A stretch of 32,000 nt of DNA from contig NC_009925.1 in the NCBI RefSeq assembly GCF_000018105.1, forward strand, positions 5,790,001 to 5,822,000. The letters run 5' to 3'. The translations under genes were made by a program, and so were the position numbers. Below, piece by piece: positions 1 to 8,827 of the stretch; the stretch's first letter is position 1, and every line of letters begins with the position of its first letter. Source of the DNA: Acaryochloris marina MBIC11017. Its GTDB lineage: Bacteria; Cyanobacteriota; Cyanobacteriia; Thermosynechococcales; Thermosynechococcaceae. The notes below the pieces were generated by a model that worked only from the letters and a program-made list of their open reading frames with translations, was not told where the DNA came from and searched no databases.

Positions 1-2
1 AT

Positions 3-131
3 ATAGGGGCAGAAATATACTTGGATACCAATGGTGATGGCATCACCACTCAAGCGGATGAAATCGTCGCGATTATCAAGGGTTCAAATTCATTTAACCT
101 AGACGGTTCGTTTGTTAAATACCTTGATTGA
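3..131 (+). CDS. C-terminal fragment of a protein that starts upstream of the window, ending in a Ca-binding-like DxNGDG segment
   Basis: Frame 3 is open from the window edge to TGA at 129-131. It translates to IGAEIYLDTNGDGITTQADEIVAIIKGSNSFNLDGSFVKYLD. The DTNGDG...IAII.G tail resembles the C-termini of cyanobacterial secreted Ca-binding repeat proteins. Only 42 codons are visible. Confidence 0.35.
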   Translation: MGAEIYLDTNGDGITTQADEIVAIIKGSNSFNLDGSFVKYLD

Positions 132-135
132 GCTG

Positions 136-1266
136 TTAATCGTGAATGGGCGGTGCCAAGGGTGCTCTAGGGTCGCCCCCTCCGCCCACTGATTCAGGGG
201 TATTGTTAGATACGACTGAAAGTCTAGTAAACAACTTCATCACATCCTCAAAAAAAGGACCTTCTGAGCGATTAAACCCATAGCCGTAGGTCTGTCGAAA
301 CTCTTTCAGGACACTATGCTCCAAGGGGATGGCATGGGCATTCCAGGCCGTATCATCCACCACGTAAGCGCCATAATCTTGCAACGCATGGAAGAGCTTT
401 TTGGCGGGTTGTGTTTTGAGTCCCAGACTGGACGCAGTGATATCAGGGGGAATGGCCAATAGTGAGCCTTGAACCAGCTCGGGATTCTTACCACCATATT
501 GCTGAGCTGCATACTTATCCGCGCGATCTGCTGGCCAACGATATCCAGGGATGCCCTTGGAATAGTAAAGATATTTTTTACCCCACAAGTTAATCTTTAA
601 AGCATGCCGAATAGGGGCGTCTCCCACTAATTCCCCTTCCCGGATGGAGCCACCGATAGAAGACAATCCTGATCCAAAATGAGCACCTCCAATACCGGCA
701 TCGTAGATATCGACATTGGGAAAATATCGCCAGCCGTAGATGGGACCGCCTGGCTTACAGCGTGCTAAAGGTTCTAGCTGAACCAATGTCCTGCCGTCTG
801 GCATTAGAAATGCAGAGGCATTATTGGGGGTCTTTCCTTTCCCTGCATCTGGAACGATCAGATCATCTGGAACAGGCAGGGAAATCTTCATGGACTTTTT
901 TTTGCCTTTACAGCGCTTTCTCCAAGAACCAGGTGCATAGACCGGTTGGCGAGGATCATCGCCCTTTAATTCAAAGAAATACTCTTCATCGGATCGCAAT
1001 CGGGGAGCTGGCTTAATGTGGGCGGGCTGATATTGAGCATTGGAGCCAATGGGCATATTCCAGATGGAGTCGGCGGAAAACGGCCAGAGAAATTTATCTC
1101 GAGAGGTGGGGGCGCTGTGGCTATAGTCCACTGGATAAGACGAGATGCGTCGCTCGAGCGCAGATGAAGAGCCGCTACTAACCTGTTGACAGGCTAAGAG
1201 TCCGAACATGCCAAGCAGAACGCACAATAAAATGAAATACTGTTTATAGCGATTTCTATTCAACAT
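136..1266 (-). CDS. Secreted lipoprotein of unknown function, at the distal end of the polysaccharide cluster
   Basis: 376-aa ORF with an ATG start. The N-terminus MLNRNRYKQYFILLCVLLGMFGLLAC has a lipobox (L-L-A-C). I recognise no catalytic family. The C-terminus is Gly/Pro-rich. Confidence 0.7.
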   Translation of the reverse strand: MLNRNRYKQYFILLCVLLGMFGLLACQQVSSGSSSALERRISSYPVDYSHSAPTSRDKFLWPFSADSIWNMPIGSNAQYQPAHIKPAPRLRSDEEYFFELKGDDPRQPVYAPGSWRKRCKGKKKSMKISLPVPDDLIVPDAGKGKTPNNASAFLMPDGRTLVQLEPLARCKPGGPIYGWRYFPNVDIYDAGIGGAHFGSGLSSIGGSIREGELVGDAPIRHALKINLWGKKYLYYSKGIPGYRWPADRADKYAAQQYGGKNPELVQGSLLAIPPDITASSLGLKTQPAKKLFHALQDYGAYVVDDTAWNAHAIPLEHSVLKEFRQTYGYGFNRSEGPFFEDVMKLFTRLSVVSNNTPESVGGGGDPRAPLAPPIHD

Positions 1267-1324
1267 GGGCTATCTGTAGCTTCACGTTTTCGTTCACCCG
1301 GACTGGCACCTTTCTCAGAAACCA

Positions 1325-2206
1325 CTAGCCAAATTTGAGTTGTGCCTTCACCCGCTCTAGCGCCGTTAAATGCTTGATAAAGGTCAACACAAGCCACAGC
1401 TGCAGTTTCTGGTGGACCGTATCTACCCGTGCCCGAGCAAAGGTCTTGAAAGGGGGGAAGACATCTCTGACAATATCCTTGATGAATTTCTTTAAGGTGT
1501 AGGTACTAGACTGGCTCAAGTCATAGGGGCCTCGGGTTGTTCTGAGGATTTTCTGGTAAAGCTGTGCAAAGGAATGCCGAGCTGGGTGATGGACAAAAGC
1601 CTCTGCTGAATAGACTTGTGGATACCCTGCCTTGAACACTCGTTGTCCCCATTCATAGTCCCCACCAGATTTCAGGGTTTGATCAAACAAACCGACTTTG
1701 TGGAAGACCGATTTAAAGGTAAAGACATTGGCCGTAGCGCCAAACTTGGCATGTTTTAAATACAAATCTTGCTGTAAATACAGCACGCTATCACAGAGTT
1801 CAATGGGGTTTGGCTGTTGTGGATTTTGATAGCTGAATTCGATTCTGCCAGCCACTAGACCACAGTTGGGAGTATCGTGTAAGCTCTGAACCCCTTTTTC
1901 AATCCAGTCAGGGGCAGGTATACAGTCTGCATCCGTGAACGCTAGGATGTTTCCTTTTGCGATCGCAATCCCAGTATTTCGGGCAGCATAGGACCCCCGC
2001 TGAGGCTCAATCACGACATTGGCGTGGGGGAAATGGGTAACAACAGCCTGCACATCATCTTCAGATGCATTATCGACGACTATGACTTCATAGGAATCTT
2101 GGTGAAAGGTCTGTTGCTCGAGGGCCAATAAGCATTGTGCCAAACGCTCCGTATCATTGAAGACTGGAACGATAACCGAAATAAAATCTGGGGAAGGGAG
2201 AGTCAT
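1325..2206 (-). CDS. GT2-family (GT-A fold) glycosyltransferase
   Basis: N-terminal ISVIVPVFNDTERL...EVIVVDNASED and FTDADC (DxD-like) motifs. It is a paralogue of the adjacent ORF 2245-3153. Confidence 0.85.
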   Translation of the reverse strand: MTLPSPDFISVIVPVFNDTERLAQCLLALEQQTFHQDSYEVIVVDNASEDDVQAVVTHFPHANVVIEPQRGSYAARNTGIAIAKGNILAFTDADCIPAPDWIEKGVQSLHDTPNCGLVAGRIEFSYQNPQQPNPIELCDSVLYLQQDLYLKHAKFGATANVFTFKSVFHKVGLFDQTLKSGGDYEWGQRVFKAGYPQVYSAEAFVHHPARHSFAQLYQKILRTTRGPYDLSQSSTYTLKKFIKDIVRDVFPPFKTFARARVDTVHQKLQLWLVLTFIKHLTALERVKAQLKFG

Positions 2207-2244
2207 GGCTATGTGTGTGCTTTTTTAGAAATACGACCCGATAG

Positions 2245-3153
2245 CTAGTGTTGTCCTTGCAAGGAGACTTTAGTCTGGGTGCCCAATCTTTTAAGTAGGG
2301 CATTCAGACGACCCAAGCTTTTGGCAATATTACAAATCCAAGCGATAAATATGATGGAAGTTACGTGTTGTCGAGCTTCGTCACTCTCAGAATCGAGAAT
2401 AAACTGTCTATAACGCCAGGGATTGGGTGGAAGAATTTGCCGAAGAGTATGGCGGATGACCGCCCATAAGGCAACATTTTGATCCAGCTGCAGGTCCAAC
2501 TGGCCTGCCCCCACCCGGTAGCCTTTCTTCACGAGAGAACGGAAGTTGCGGGTAGGATGATGAATTTCTGCCTCAGGAGAGTAGATAAGTTTGAACCCTG
2601 AGTCGGTGGCTTTCTTGGTCCATTTAAAATCTCCCCCAGATTTTATACTGGAATCAAAATAGCCTATGGCATCAAAGACCCTTCGATCGGTAAATAGGTT
2701 TGCTGTAACCGTCAACTGTCGGTTTTCAATATTCTTCTTAACTTGTAAGGACGTAATGGAGTCAAATAACTCTGCTGCTGTTCTTTGAGGTGAAAAGGAA
2801 AACGTCACTCTACCCCCTGCCAGATCGGCTTGGCCTAAATGTAGCGAATTGACCCCGCTCTCCAACCATTGTTCACAAGGGGTGCAATCGGAATCGGTGA
2901 AAGCCAGTATCTCGCCCTTGGCAATCGCTATTCCTTTATTCCTGGCTGCATAGGAGCTTTGCTTAGCTTCATAAGCATAGATAAAATGCTCAAACTCAGC
3001 TACAACAGCATCAATGGACTCATCTGAATTATTATCCACAACAATCACTTCAAATAAATCTTGAGGATAAGTCTGGCAGCTTAAAGCGGTTAAGCATTCT
3101 CTCAAACGCTGAGTATCATTAAAAACCGGGATAATAACAGAAACAAAATCCAT
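2245..3153 (-). CDS. GT2-family glycosyltransferase (tandem paralogue)
   Basis: VSVIIPVFNDTQRL...EVIVVDNNSDE and FTDSDC motifs. It is colinear with 1325-2206 along its whole length. Confidence 0.85.
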   Translation of the reverse strand: MDFVSVIIPVFNDTQRLRECLTALSCQTYPQDLFEVIVVDNNSDESIDAVVAEFEHFIYAYEAKQSSYAARNKGIAIAKGEILAFTDSDCTPCEQWLESGVNSLHLGQADLAGGRVTFSFSPQRTAAELFDSITSLQVKKNIENRQLTVTANLFTDRRVFDAIGYFDSSIKSGGDFKWTKKATDSGFKLIYSPEAEIHHPTRNFRSLVKKGYRVGAGQLDLQLDQNVALWAVIRHTLRQILPPNPWRYRQFILDSESDEARQHVTSIIFIAWICNIAKSLGRLNALLKRLGTQTKVSLQGQH

Positions 3154-3185
3154 AATTAAAAAATTCTATCGATTGCTCATTAACG

Positions 3186-4415
3186 TCATAGAAGGGATTG
3201 ATAAATATCAACTAACTGATCATTCAGGTGATGGATGTTGTAGTCTTTCTCGACAATTCTTCGGCCTGTCAAACCCATCTCGGACCACATGTTTGGGTTG
3301 ATCGCCAAACACTCTAATTTATTTGCCAGTTCATCAACGTCTCGTTCTGGCACCAAGAAACCAGACCTATTATGCTGAACCAATTCAGGAATACCGCTAT
3401 GTTGGGTACTGACAATGGGCATTCCCATAGCCATCGCTTCCATTAAAGCGACCGGAATCCCTTCCTGATCACCATTGTTACTGGTGACACTCGGAGCGAT
3501 GAGAATATCTGACTTCTCAAGAATTTCGATCACATCACTTTGCTCTTTCCAACCCAGAAAATGGATGTGACGCTCCATATTCAAGTTTTTTACAAGTTGT
3601 TGAAGATGATCAGACAGTGGTCCCTCACCAACAATGTTGTACTGGACAAGAATATTCTTATGGATAAGCTGGGCAACTGCCCGAATCGAATACTCAACCC
3701 CTTTTTTCTCGACTAGGCGATTGACAGTGGCCAGAACAATAGGCCGATCTGAACTCAAATGCCTGCTGACATACTTAAATTTGCTGCAATCAATCCCCAT
3801 ATGGTGGACATGGGTCTTGTCTTGTTGACATCCTAAGTTGACTATCTTTTTGAGAAATAGATCACTAATGGGTAAAAAAAGATCACCTTTTGTCCAAAGC
3901 TGATCGTACATATCATTGCCATAAACCTGGAGATGTTTTGTAATGTCCACGCCATGGAAGGTGGTTACCAATTTCCCTTTTAAAGCCTTGACTTCTTTAA
4001 GAAGCAAACCGCGAATCGCATTTAAACCAAAATGGCAATGGACAATGTCATAGGAGGAGGGCCGTGAGATAGCGGGTTCAGCCCGACAGAGCAACTTGAA
4101 GGAGGTTGCTTGTTGGCCATATCTAGCTGCATTGAGAGTATTGAGAACAGCGAAGGGATTCCTAAAGAAACAATGGGCAAGTAGTTTTATTTTTTCGGCC
4201 TGTCGGGCTAAGAACTCAGAAGGCAGTGGATATTCATAACAGATATTTTTATATAAGTCATAATTTCGAATATCACCATGCACAGAAGACTGATACGCAG
4301 GGACATCCGCATAGATATCCACTTCATGCCCCCTATCTACTAAACCAATAATCTGATTTAAGATAAACGTCTTGGAAGCGACGGGAAATTGTCCAACAAT
4401 AAAAGCTATTCTCAT
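3186..4415 (-). CDS. GT4-family (GT-B fold, group 1) glycosyltransferase, WcaL-like
   Basis: C-terminal EX7E-type motif QEGIPVALMEAMAMGMPIVSTQHSGIPELV. The N-terminus MRIAFIVGQFP is typical of group-1 glycosyltransferases. Confidence 0.85.
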   Translation of the reverse strand: MRIAFIVGQFPVASKTFILNQIIGLVDRGHEVDIYADVPAYQSSVHGDIRNYDLYKNICYEYPLPSEFLARQAEKIKLLAHCFFRNPFAVLNTLNAARYGQQATSFKLLCRAEPAISRPSSYDIVHCHFGLNAIRGLLLKEVKALKGKLVTTFHGVDITKHLQVYGNDMYDQLWTKGDLFLPISDLFLKKIVNLGCQQDKTHVHHMGIDCSKFKYVSRHLSSDRPIVLATVNRLVEKKGVEYSIRAVAQLIHKNILVQYNIVGEGPLSDHLQQLVKNLNMERHIHFLGWKEQSDVIEILEKSDILIAPSVTSNNGDQEGIPVALMEAMAMGMPIVSTQHSGIPELVQHNRSGFLVPERDVDELANKLECLAINPNMWSEMGLTGRRIVEKDYNIHHLNDQLVDIYQSLL

Positions 4416-4494
4416 AAGCTAAAGTGCAAAAAATAATCTCATGCAATAAGGCTGTATATAGCGAGGATAAATATAGGACTCTCGAACAACGGTG

Positions 4495-5379
4495 TTATGA
4501 CGCAACCCTAGAAATAACTCTGAATAATTTAGGACTCGTTAACTCATAATCAAGCTGGTCTAATAGAGCACCCGCTACATGCTCAATTTCTGCCACTTGT
4601 ATACGAGTTAACTTTTTCTTCCAGGCAAAGGCTCGGGAACCATTAATGGGTTCAGCCACCCTGGCATGTAAATGCCAATCTCGATTGATATGATCCTTAG
4701 TCTTAGTGTGATGTTGCAGCATGTCTGGTGAATATTCAATCCCCAACCAAGTACAAAGCTTTCGCAAAGACAACTCGGGTTGAGTCACTAAATCTTCGTA
4801 CTTTAGTTCGTAATATCGTTCATTTCCCAATTGACTGCCGATAATAGTGCCATAGCTCACTCGTTGTTGCCATCTTGAGGCAGCACTTTTGATATTCTTT
4901 TCCCAACCAGCTTTCATCAGGCTTAAGGCGACATCTCTGCCATCTCTCAAGACATGCACAAATTTTGCTGTGGGATAAGCTTGGGCCAACCAATCCAGCT
5001 GGGTGACATGGCGGGGGGTTTTATCAGCCCAAAACGGCTTTCCTTGCTTATGAGCAGAGGCTTGAAATAAGGATGCTGCGGCACCATAAAAATCTGCTGG
5101 GGCTACCTGCTTCAGGGCTGCTTCGGCTTCCGATAAAGTCAGTTGAAAGATATCGAAGGAAAAGGTATCTTTCGTGGCGTGATTGAGCTGTAGGTCTCGA
5201 ATAAAAAACCACCGTTGATGGGGTTGACTAAAATCACCATAACTATCACGATGTTTACTCAATTCTTTGAGAAACCAGGACTCTCCAGGAATATGAAGTT
5301 CAGCACTCTGGTTTAAGATAATGCGCAGCAAAGTCGTCCCAGAGCGCTCACATCCGACGATAAATATCGGTTCAAACAC
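4495..5379 (-). CDS. PAPS-dependent sulfotransferase, Sulfotransfer_3/TPST-like class
   Basis: 5'-PSB P-loop IVGCERSGTTLL sits right at the N-terminus and the 3'-PB motif is VLRDGRDVALS. The start is GTG (cac at 5377-5379). Confidence 0.8.
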   Translation of the reverse strand: MFEPIFIVGCERSGTTLLRIILNQSAELHIPGESWFLKELSKHRDSYGDFSQPHQRWFFIRDLQLNHATKDTFSFDIFQLTLSEAEAALKQVAPADFYGAAASLFQASAHKQGKPFWADKTPRHVTQLDWLAQAYPTAKFVHVLRDGRDVALSLMKAGWEKNIKSAASRWQQRVSYGTIIGSQLGNERYYELKYEDLVTQPELSLRKLCTWLGIEYSPDMLQHHTKTKDHINRDWHLHARVAEPINGSRAFAWKKKLTRIQVAEIEHVAGALLDQLDYELTSPKLFRVISRVAS

Positions 5380-5428
5380 AATACGGACCTCTCAAGGGGT
5401 TGATAAGAAAAAAAGACATAAGTGGAGT

Positions 5429-6325
5429 TCAAACTGCTAACCAATGGGATAAATCTCGATTTAATAGTTCCTGGAGTTTATAAATACTCTCCCTGTAATC
5501 AGCCAGGAGGCTAGCCTTTATCTCTGGTAACATTTTGGGCCGATCATAGGTATTCATTGCCATCAGCATCTGTTTGGCTTGGGCACGACTTGTTTGGGGT
5601 AATGTTCGCCGAATGAATCGTTTGATCGTGCTGGGACGGTTGAGAAAATCTCCCAACCTTTTGGATCTCATTAGCTTGGTAACGTTATATCTTTGAACAA
5701 CGTTAGGCTCAAATTCACTATCAATCTCTAGAAACTGGAAAATATCCCGAAGAACATTACTCGGATCTGAGCATAAGTCTTCATAGAGATAGACTCGTAT
5801 TTGTTCTCTGCTAAACAGTTGGAAATATCGGGTAAGGTGCTCGTAATAATATCCTTCTTGTAAGTAGTACCAATCAGGAAGCCAATTTGATTGCTTACGC
5901 TGTTCTTCTGCAAAAATGGCTTTCTCAAAAGAATCTAGAGGCTCCAAGTCTTTTCTATACAAGTGCCAGTAGTGTGAGTAAGCCCTCTCGGCAGGTTCCC
6001 GAAGGATAGCAATCAGCTTCACATCAGGAATATAGTGCTTAATCCGTTCAGGGGCAGTTGGAGAACTTAAGTACCAAGTTGAAGCTTCTCCAATGGCCTG
6101 CTCATCAGCCACTTGGGAAAAGAGCCGCTGATACTCATCGAGGTTGGTGACAATGTTATACCTGGACACGCCATGGCCATTAAAGCCAGTGCAGCCCTCG
6201 AAAGCAAAGAATCTGGGTTCTTTGTGGGAGCTCATATATACTTGGGGATGTTCTTCCAAGTACTTATAGAGAGAGGTCGTTCCCGATTTAGGAGCACCAA
6301 TTACAAGGAAATTAGGCAATACCAT
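5429..6325 (-). CDS. PAPS-dependent sulfotransferase, Sulfotransfer_1 (heparan-sulfate-type) class
   Basis: 5'-PSB VIGAPKSGTTSLYKYL and 3'-PB ILREPAERAYSHY. It is a paralogue of 7671-8585. Confidence 0.85.
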   Translation of the reverse strand: MVLPNFLVIGAPKSGTTSLYKYLEEHPQVYMSSHKEPRFFAFEGCTGFNGHGVSRYNIVTNLDEYQRLFSQVADEQAIGEASTWYLSSPTAPERIKHYIPDVKLIAILREPAERAYSHYWHLYRKDLEPLDSFEKAIFAEEQRKQSNWLPDWYYLQEGYYYEHLTRYFQLFSREQIRVYLYEDLCSDPSNVLRDIFQFLEIDSEFEPNVVQRYNVTKLMRSKRLGDFLNRPSTIKRFIRRTLPQTSRAQAKQMLMAMNTYDRPKMLPEIKASLLADYRESIYKLQELLNRDLSHWLAV

Positions 6326-6384
6326 AGAAATGATGAGTGACGGAGGAACAACAACAGGTTATAAGGGGCAATCCATCCGGTTTC

Positions 6385-7608
6385 CTAGACGTTGACGGTG
6401 AGTTCTGCCCGTTCACATAGATATTTGAAAGACTCAATAAACCGCTCTTGGTTATGGGAAGACTTCACCCATCTTTTTCCATCTATTGCTAAACGGTTAC
6501 GCAGATCTTTATCGTCGAGAAGCCGCTGTAAACTTTCTACAAATTTGGGTAGAGCCTCTCGTCCAGAGCCATCCCATCGCCCCACATACACACCGTATCG
6601 AGAAACGACATTCTCAGAATCTACACAGCTCAGGATCGGGGTCTCACACATCAGGGCTTCTAAAAAGCTAATGGCAAGCCCTTCATGAATAGAGGTATTG
6701 GCTAAAACCCATGCAGAGGAAAGAATTCGAATTTTCTCTTCTCCATCAATATGACCCATCATTTTGACATTACTGGGTAGGGAATCGGGTTCCCAAGCCC
6801 CTAGCCCTTGAAAGTGATTTTTGCCCATAAAGATAAAGTCAACTTCAGGGAAATAGGTTGCCAGCTCAGCAAATAACCAAGGACGTTTATAGGGATCGAG
6901 TCGGGCTAGAAAAACAACGCTAGGCTTTTCACTTTTGACGATTGTTTTTGGCTCGTCAATAATATGCTCGATAATATTGGGCAACAGGGTAATTTCTGAC
7001 GGTTCCACGCCATAGGTGCCCACGACTTTTTCTTCGTAATAGGCCGCGGGTTGGGCAAATAGTATGGGTCGTTTCGAGAAAGGGGAATTTGACTTCTTGA
7101 CGATCTCTGCTAAGGAGGTGCAGTTCACGGGTTTCAAGCCTTGAGGGACATTGTCTCCTTGACCAGGAATCCGGGTGCTCTCGATCCGCTTCATATCATA
7201 GGGCGTTCTCGGATCGTGTACCCAAATAATGACGGGAACACGTGGTAGGGCATCAATAATGGGTCGATAGTTAGACCGGTAATCCATCGTTAAGATAATG
7301 TCAAACTTCTCATTGTTAAGCAGTTGACGACGTTGATGCTTATCCTTAGGCAGTATCAATAGGCGGGTGCCATGGGCCATGACTTCTGTTTCACTCACGT
7401 CCGATAAGCTGCCAGTGATAAAAACTGGCTCAACCCCTAGCTCCGAATTTTGGTTAAATAAATCGGCGACTTGACGAATAGCAACACCAAAGCCACCCAT
7501 TCTTCCTAAAGACAGATCATAGAATTCGTTGGCAATAAGCCCTAGCTTGATCTTGTTTTTGGGAATGGCAGAAGTGTCAACTGTTCTGTCTTTCGTAATA
7601 CTAATCAT
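6385..7608 (-). CDS. GT4-like glycosyltransferase
   Basis: The C-terminal half carries VVFLARLDPYKRP...SIHEGLAISFLEALMCETPILS, a GT-B EX7E-like motif. The N-terminal half is less typical. Confidence 0.75.
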   Translation of the reverse strand: MISITKDRTVDTSAIPKNKIKLGLIANEFYDLSLGRMGGFGVAIRQVADLFNQNSELGVEPVFITGSLSDVSETEVMAHGTRLLILPKDKHQRRQLLNNEKFDIILTMDYRSNYRPIIDALPRVPVIIWVHDPRTPYDMKRIESTRIPGQGDNVPQGLKPVNCTSLAEIVKKSNSPFSKRPILFAQPAAYYEEKVVGTYGVEPSEITLLPNIIEHIIDEPKTIVKSEKPSVVFLARLDPYKRPWLFAELATYFPEVDFIFMGKNHFQGLGAWEPDSLPSNVKMMGHIDGEEKIRILSSAWVLANTSIHEGLAISFLEALMCETPILSCVDSENVVSRYGVYVGRWDGSGREALPKFVESLQRLLDDKDLRNRLAIDGKRWVKSSHNQERFIESFKYLCERAELTVNV

Positions 7609-7670
7609 GCTAAATTCACCACACTAAAACAGTACTTTTGATAAATCTTGAGGCAAGTATTTTGAGAACT

Positions 7671-8585
7671 TTATGCCTGCAGCCATGGTGAAAGATCTCT
7701 ATTGACTAAACCTTGGAGGTTAAGAATGTCTTCTTTATAAACATTAATAAACTCCTTCCTTGTTTTTTTTGATATTTTTGGCTTTTCTTTTAGGTTAAGC
7801 AAAAAAATACCGGATTCAATTTTCTGAAGTAAATCATTCGCTATTTTTGGGCCGATTGAGCGGTTTACTTTAGAGCCATTCGACCAAATTTTTTGCAAAA
7901 AGTAGGTATGTAATCTTTTGCTCCTAGGGATGCCAGACGGATTATGTCGAATGGAAAAGTCAGGACTAAAACAATGATCAACACCTAAGAAACGATAAAT
8001 ATCTTTTACTATTTTCTGAGGATCCTTAATCAGATCTTCAAAGAAATAGATTTTTATATTTTTTTTATCAAAAAGCTCGAAATAAGGTTTCAATAAAGAG
8101 AAGTAAAATCCTTTTCGTTTGTAATGCCAATGAGGAGCCCATCGATTTTTAATCCGCTCTTCTTCTAATAACATGGCTTCTGAAAAATTATCAGTGGTTT
8201 CAATACCTCTACTGAGGGAGTCCAGAAAATTGGAATAAGCTCGTTCGATTGGGTCTCTCAATATTGCGATTATTTTAGCGTTAGGAATATGATGATGTAT
8301 TCTCCGAGGTGCCTTAGGCGTTGTCAAGTAGATTGGAGAAGCCTCACCAATCGCAATTTCATTTGATACCTGATTAAATAACTTCTGATAATCATCAATT
8401 TTATTGATGAATTTAAACCTTGTATCATCCGGACCTTGAAAGTTAATCTCTTCATCTTCCACAGCAAAGAAACGAGGTTCTTTTTTAGGGCTCATAAAAA
8501 TTTGTGGGTGTTCTCCTAAATATTTATAGAGTGATGTGGTTCCAGCCTTCCCAGCTCCAATAATTACGAAGTTTGGCATTGTCAT
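7671..8585 (-). CDS. PAPS-dependent sulfotransferase, Sulfotransfer_1 class
   Basis: IIGAGKAGTTSLYKYL (5'-PSB) and ILRDPIERAYSNF (3'-PB). The gene is much more AT-rich than its paralogue 5429-6325. Confidence 0.85.
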   Translation of the reverse strand: MTMPNFVIIGAGKAGTTSLYKYLGEHPQIFMSPKKEPRFFAVEDEEINFQGPDDTRFKFINKIDDYQKLFNQVSNEIAIGEASPIYLTTPKAPRRIHHHIPNAKIIAILRDPIERAYSNFLDSLSRGIETTDNFSEAMLLEEERIKNRWAPHWHYKRKGFYFSLLKPYFELFDKKNIKIYFFEDLIKDPQKIVKDIYRFLGVDHCFSPDFSIRHNPSGIPRSKRLHTYFLQKIWSNGSKVNRSIGPKIANDLLQKIESGIFLLNLKEKPKISKKTRKEFINVYKEDILNLQGLVNRDLSPWLQA

Positions 8586-8732
8586 TTTGAAGAATCCCTG
8601 CAGATATCATGTGTGTGCGAGCAAAAAAGTCAATAAGCAATTGAAATGATAAAAATCTAATAGTTTGTCAACAGTATAAAGATGGAAAATGAGAAAGATG
8701 TACCTAGTGTATGTTGATTAAAGTAGGCATAA

Positions 8733-8803
8733 ATCAATCATTAAAAAATCCAACTTCATATATCAATCATTTGAAAAACGAGGATCTTTTAACATCAATC
8801 ATT
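8733..8803. repeat. Three direct copies of ATCAATCATT, with starts 29 and 32 nt apart, in a 242-nt intergenic gap
   Basis: Exact 10-mers lie at 8733-8742, 8762-8771 and 8794-8803. The first two copies extend to CATAnATCAATCATTnnAAAA. The repeats sit 148-218 nt upstream of the sulfotransferase start at 8585 on the minus strand. Confidence 0.6.
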
Positions 8804-8827
8804 AATGCTGAATTGGGAATTGGTCGA

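Noticed and set aside
762-1016. Other short antisense ORFs in the track (762-1016, 3634-3828, 6113-6340, 6392-6688, 9684-9893, 11472-11669, 11899-12099, 13951-14133, 15463-15678, 17316-17504, 21450-21707, 23583-23929, 24027-24801, 28324-28623, 29424-29639, 31056-31316, 31422-31733)
   Set aside because: All lie within or opposite longer ORFs that have clear family motifs. None shows motifs of its own.
8733-8803. Mini-ORFs starting ATG ATT GAT (MID...) created by each AATGATTGAT repeat on the minus strand
   Set aside because: They are only 4-11 codons long, have no SD and terminate at different points. The ATGs are more simply explained as part of a DNA-level repeat.
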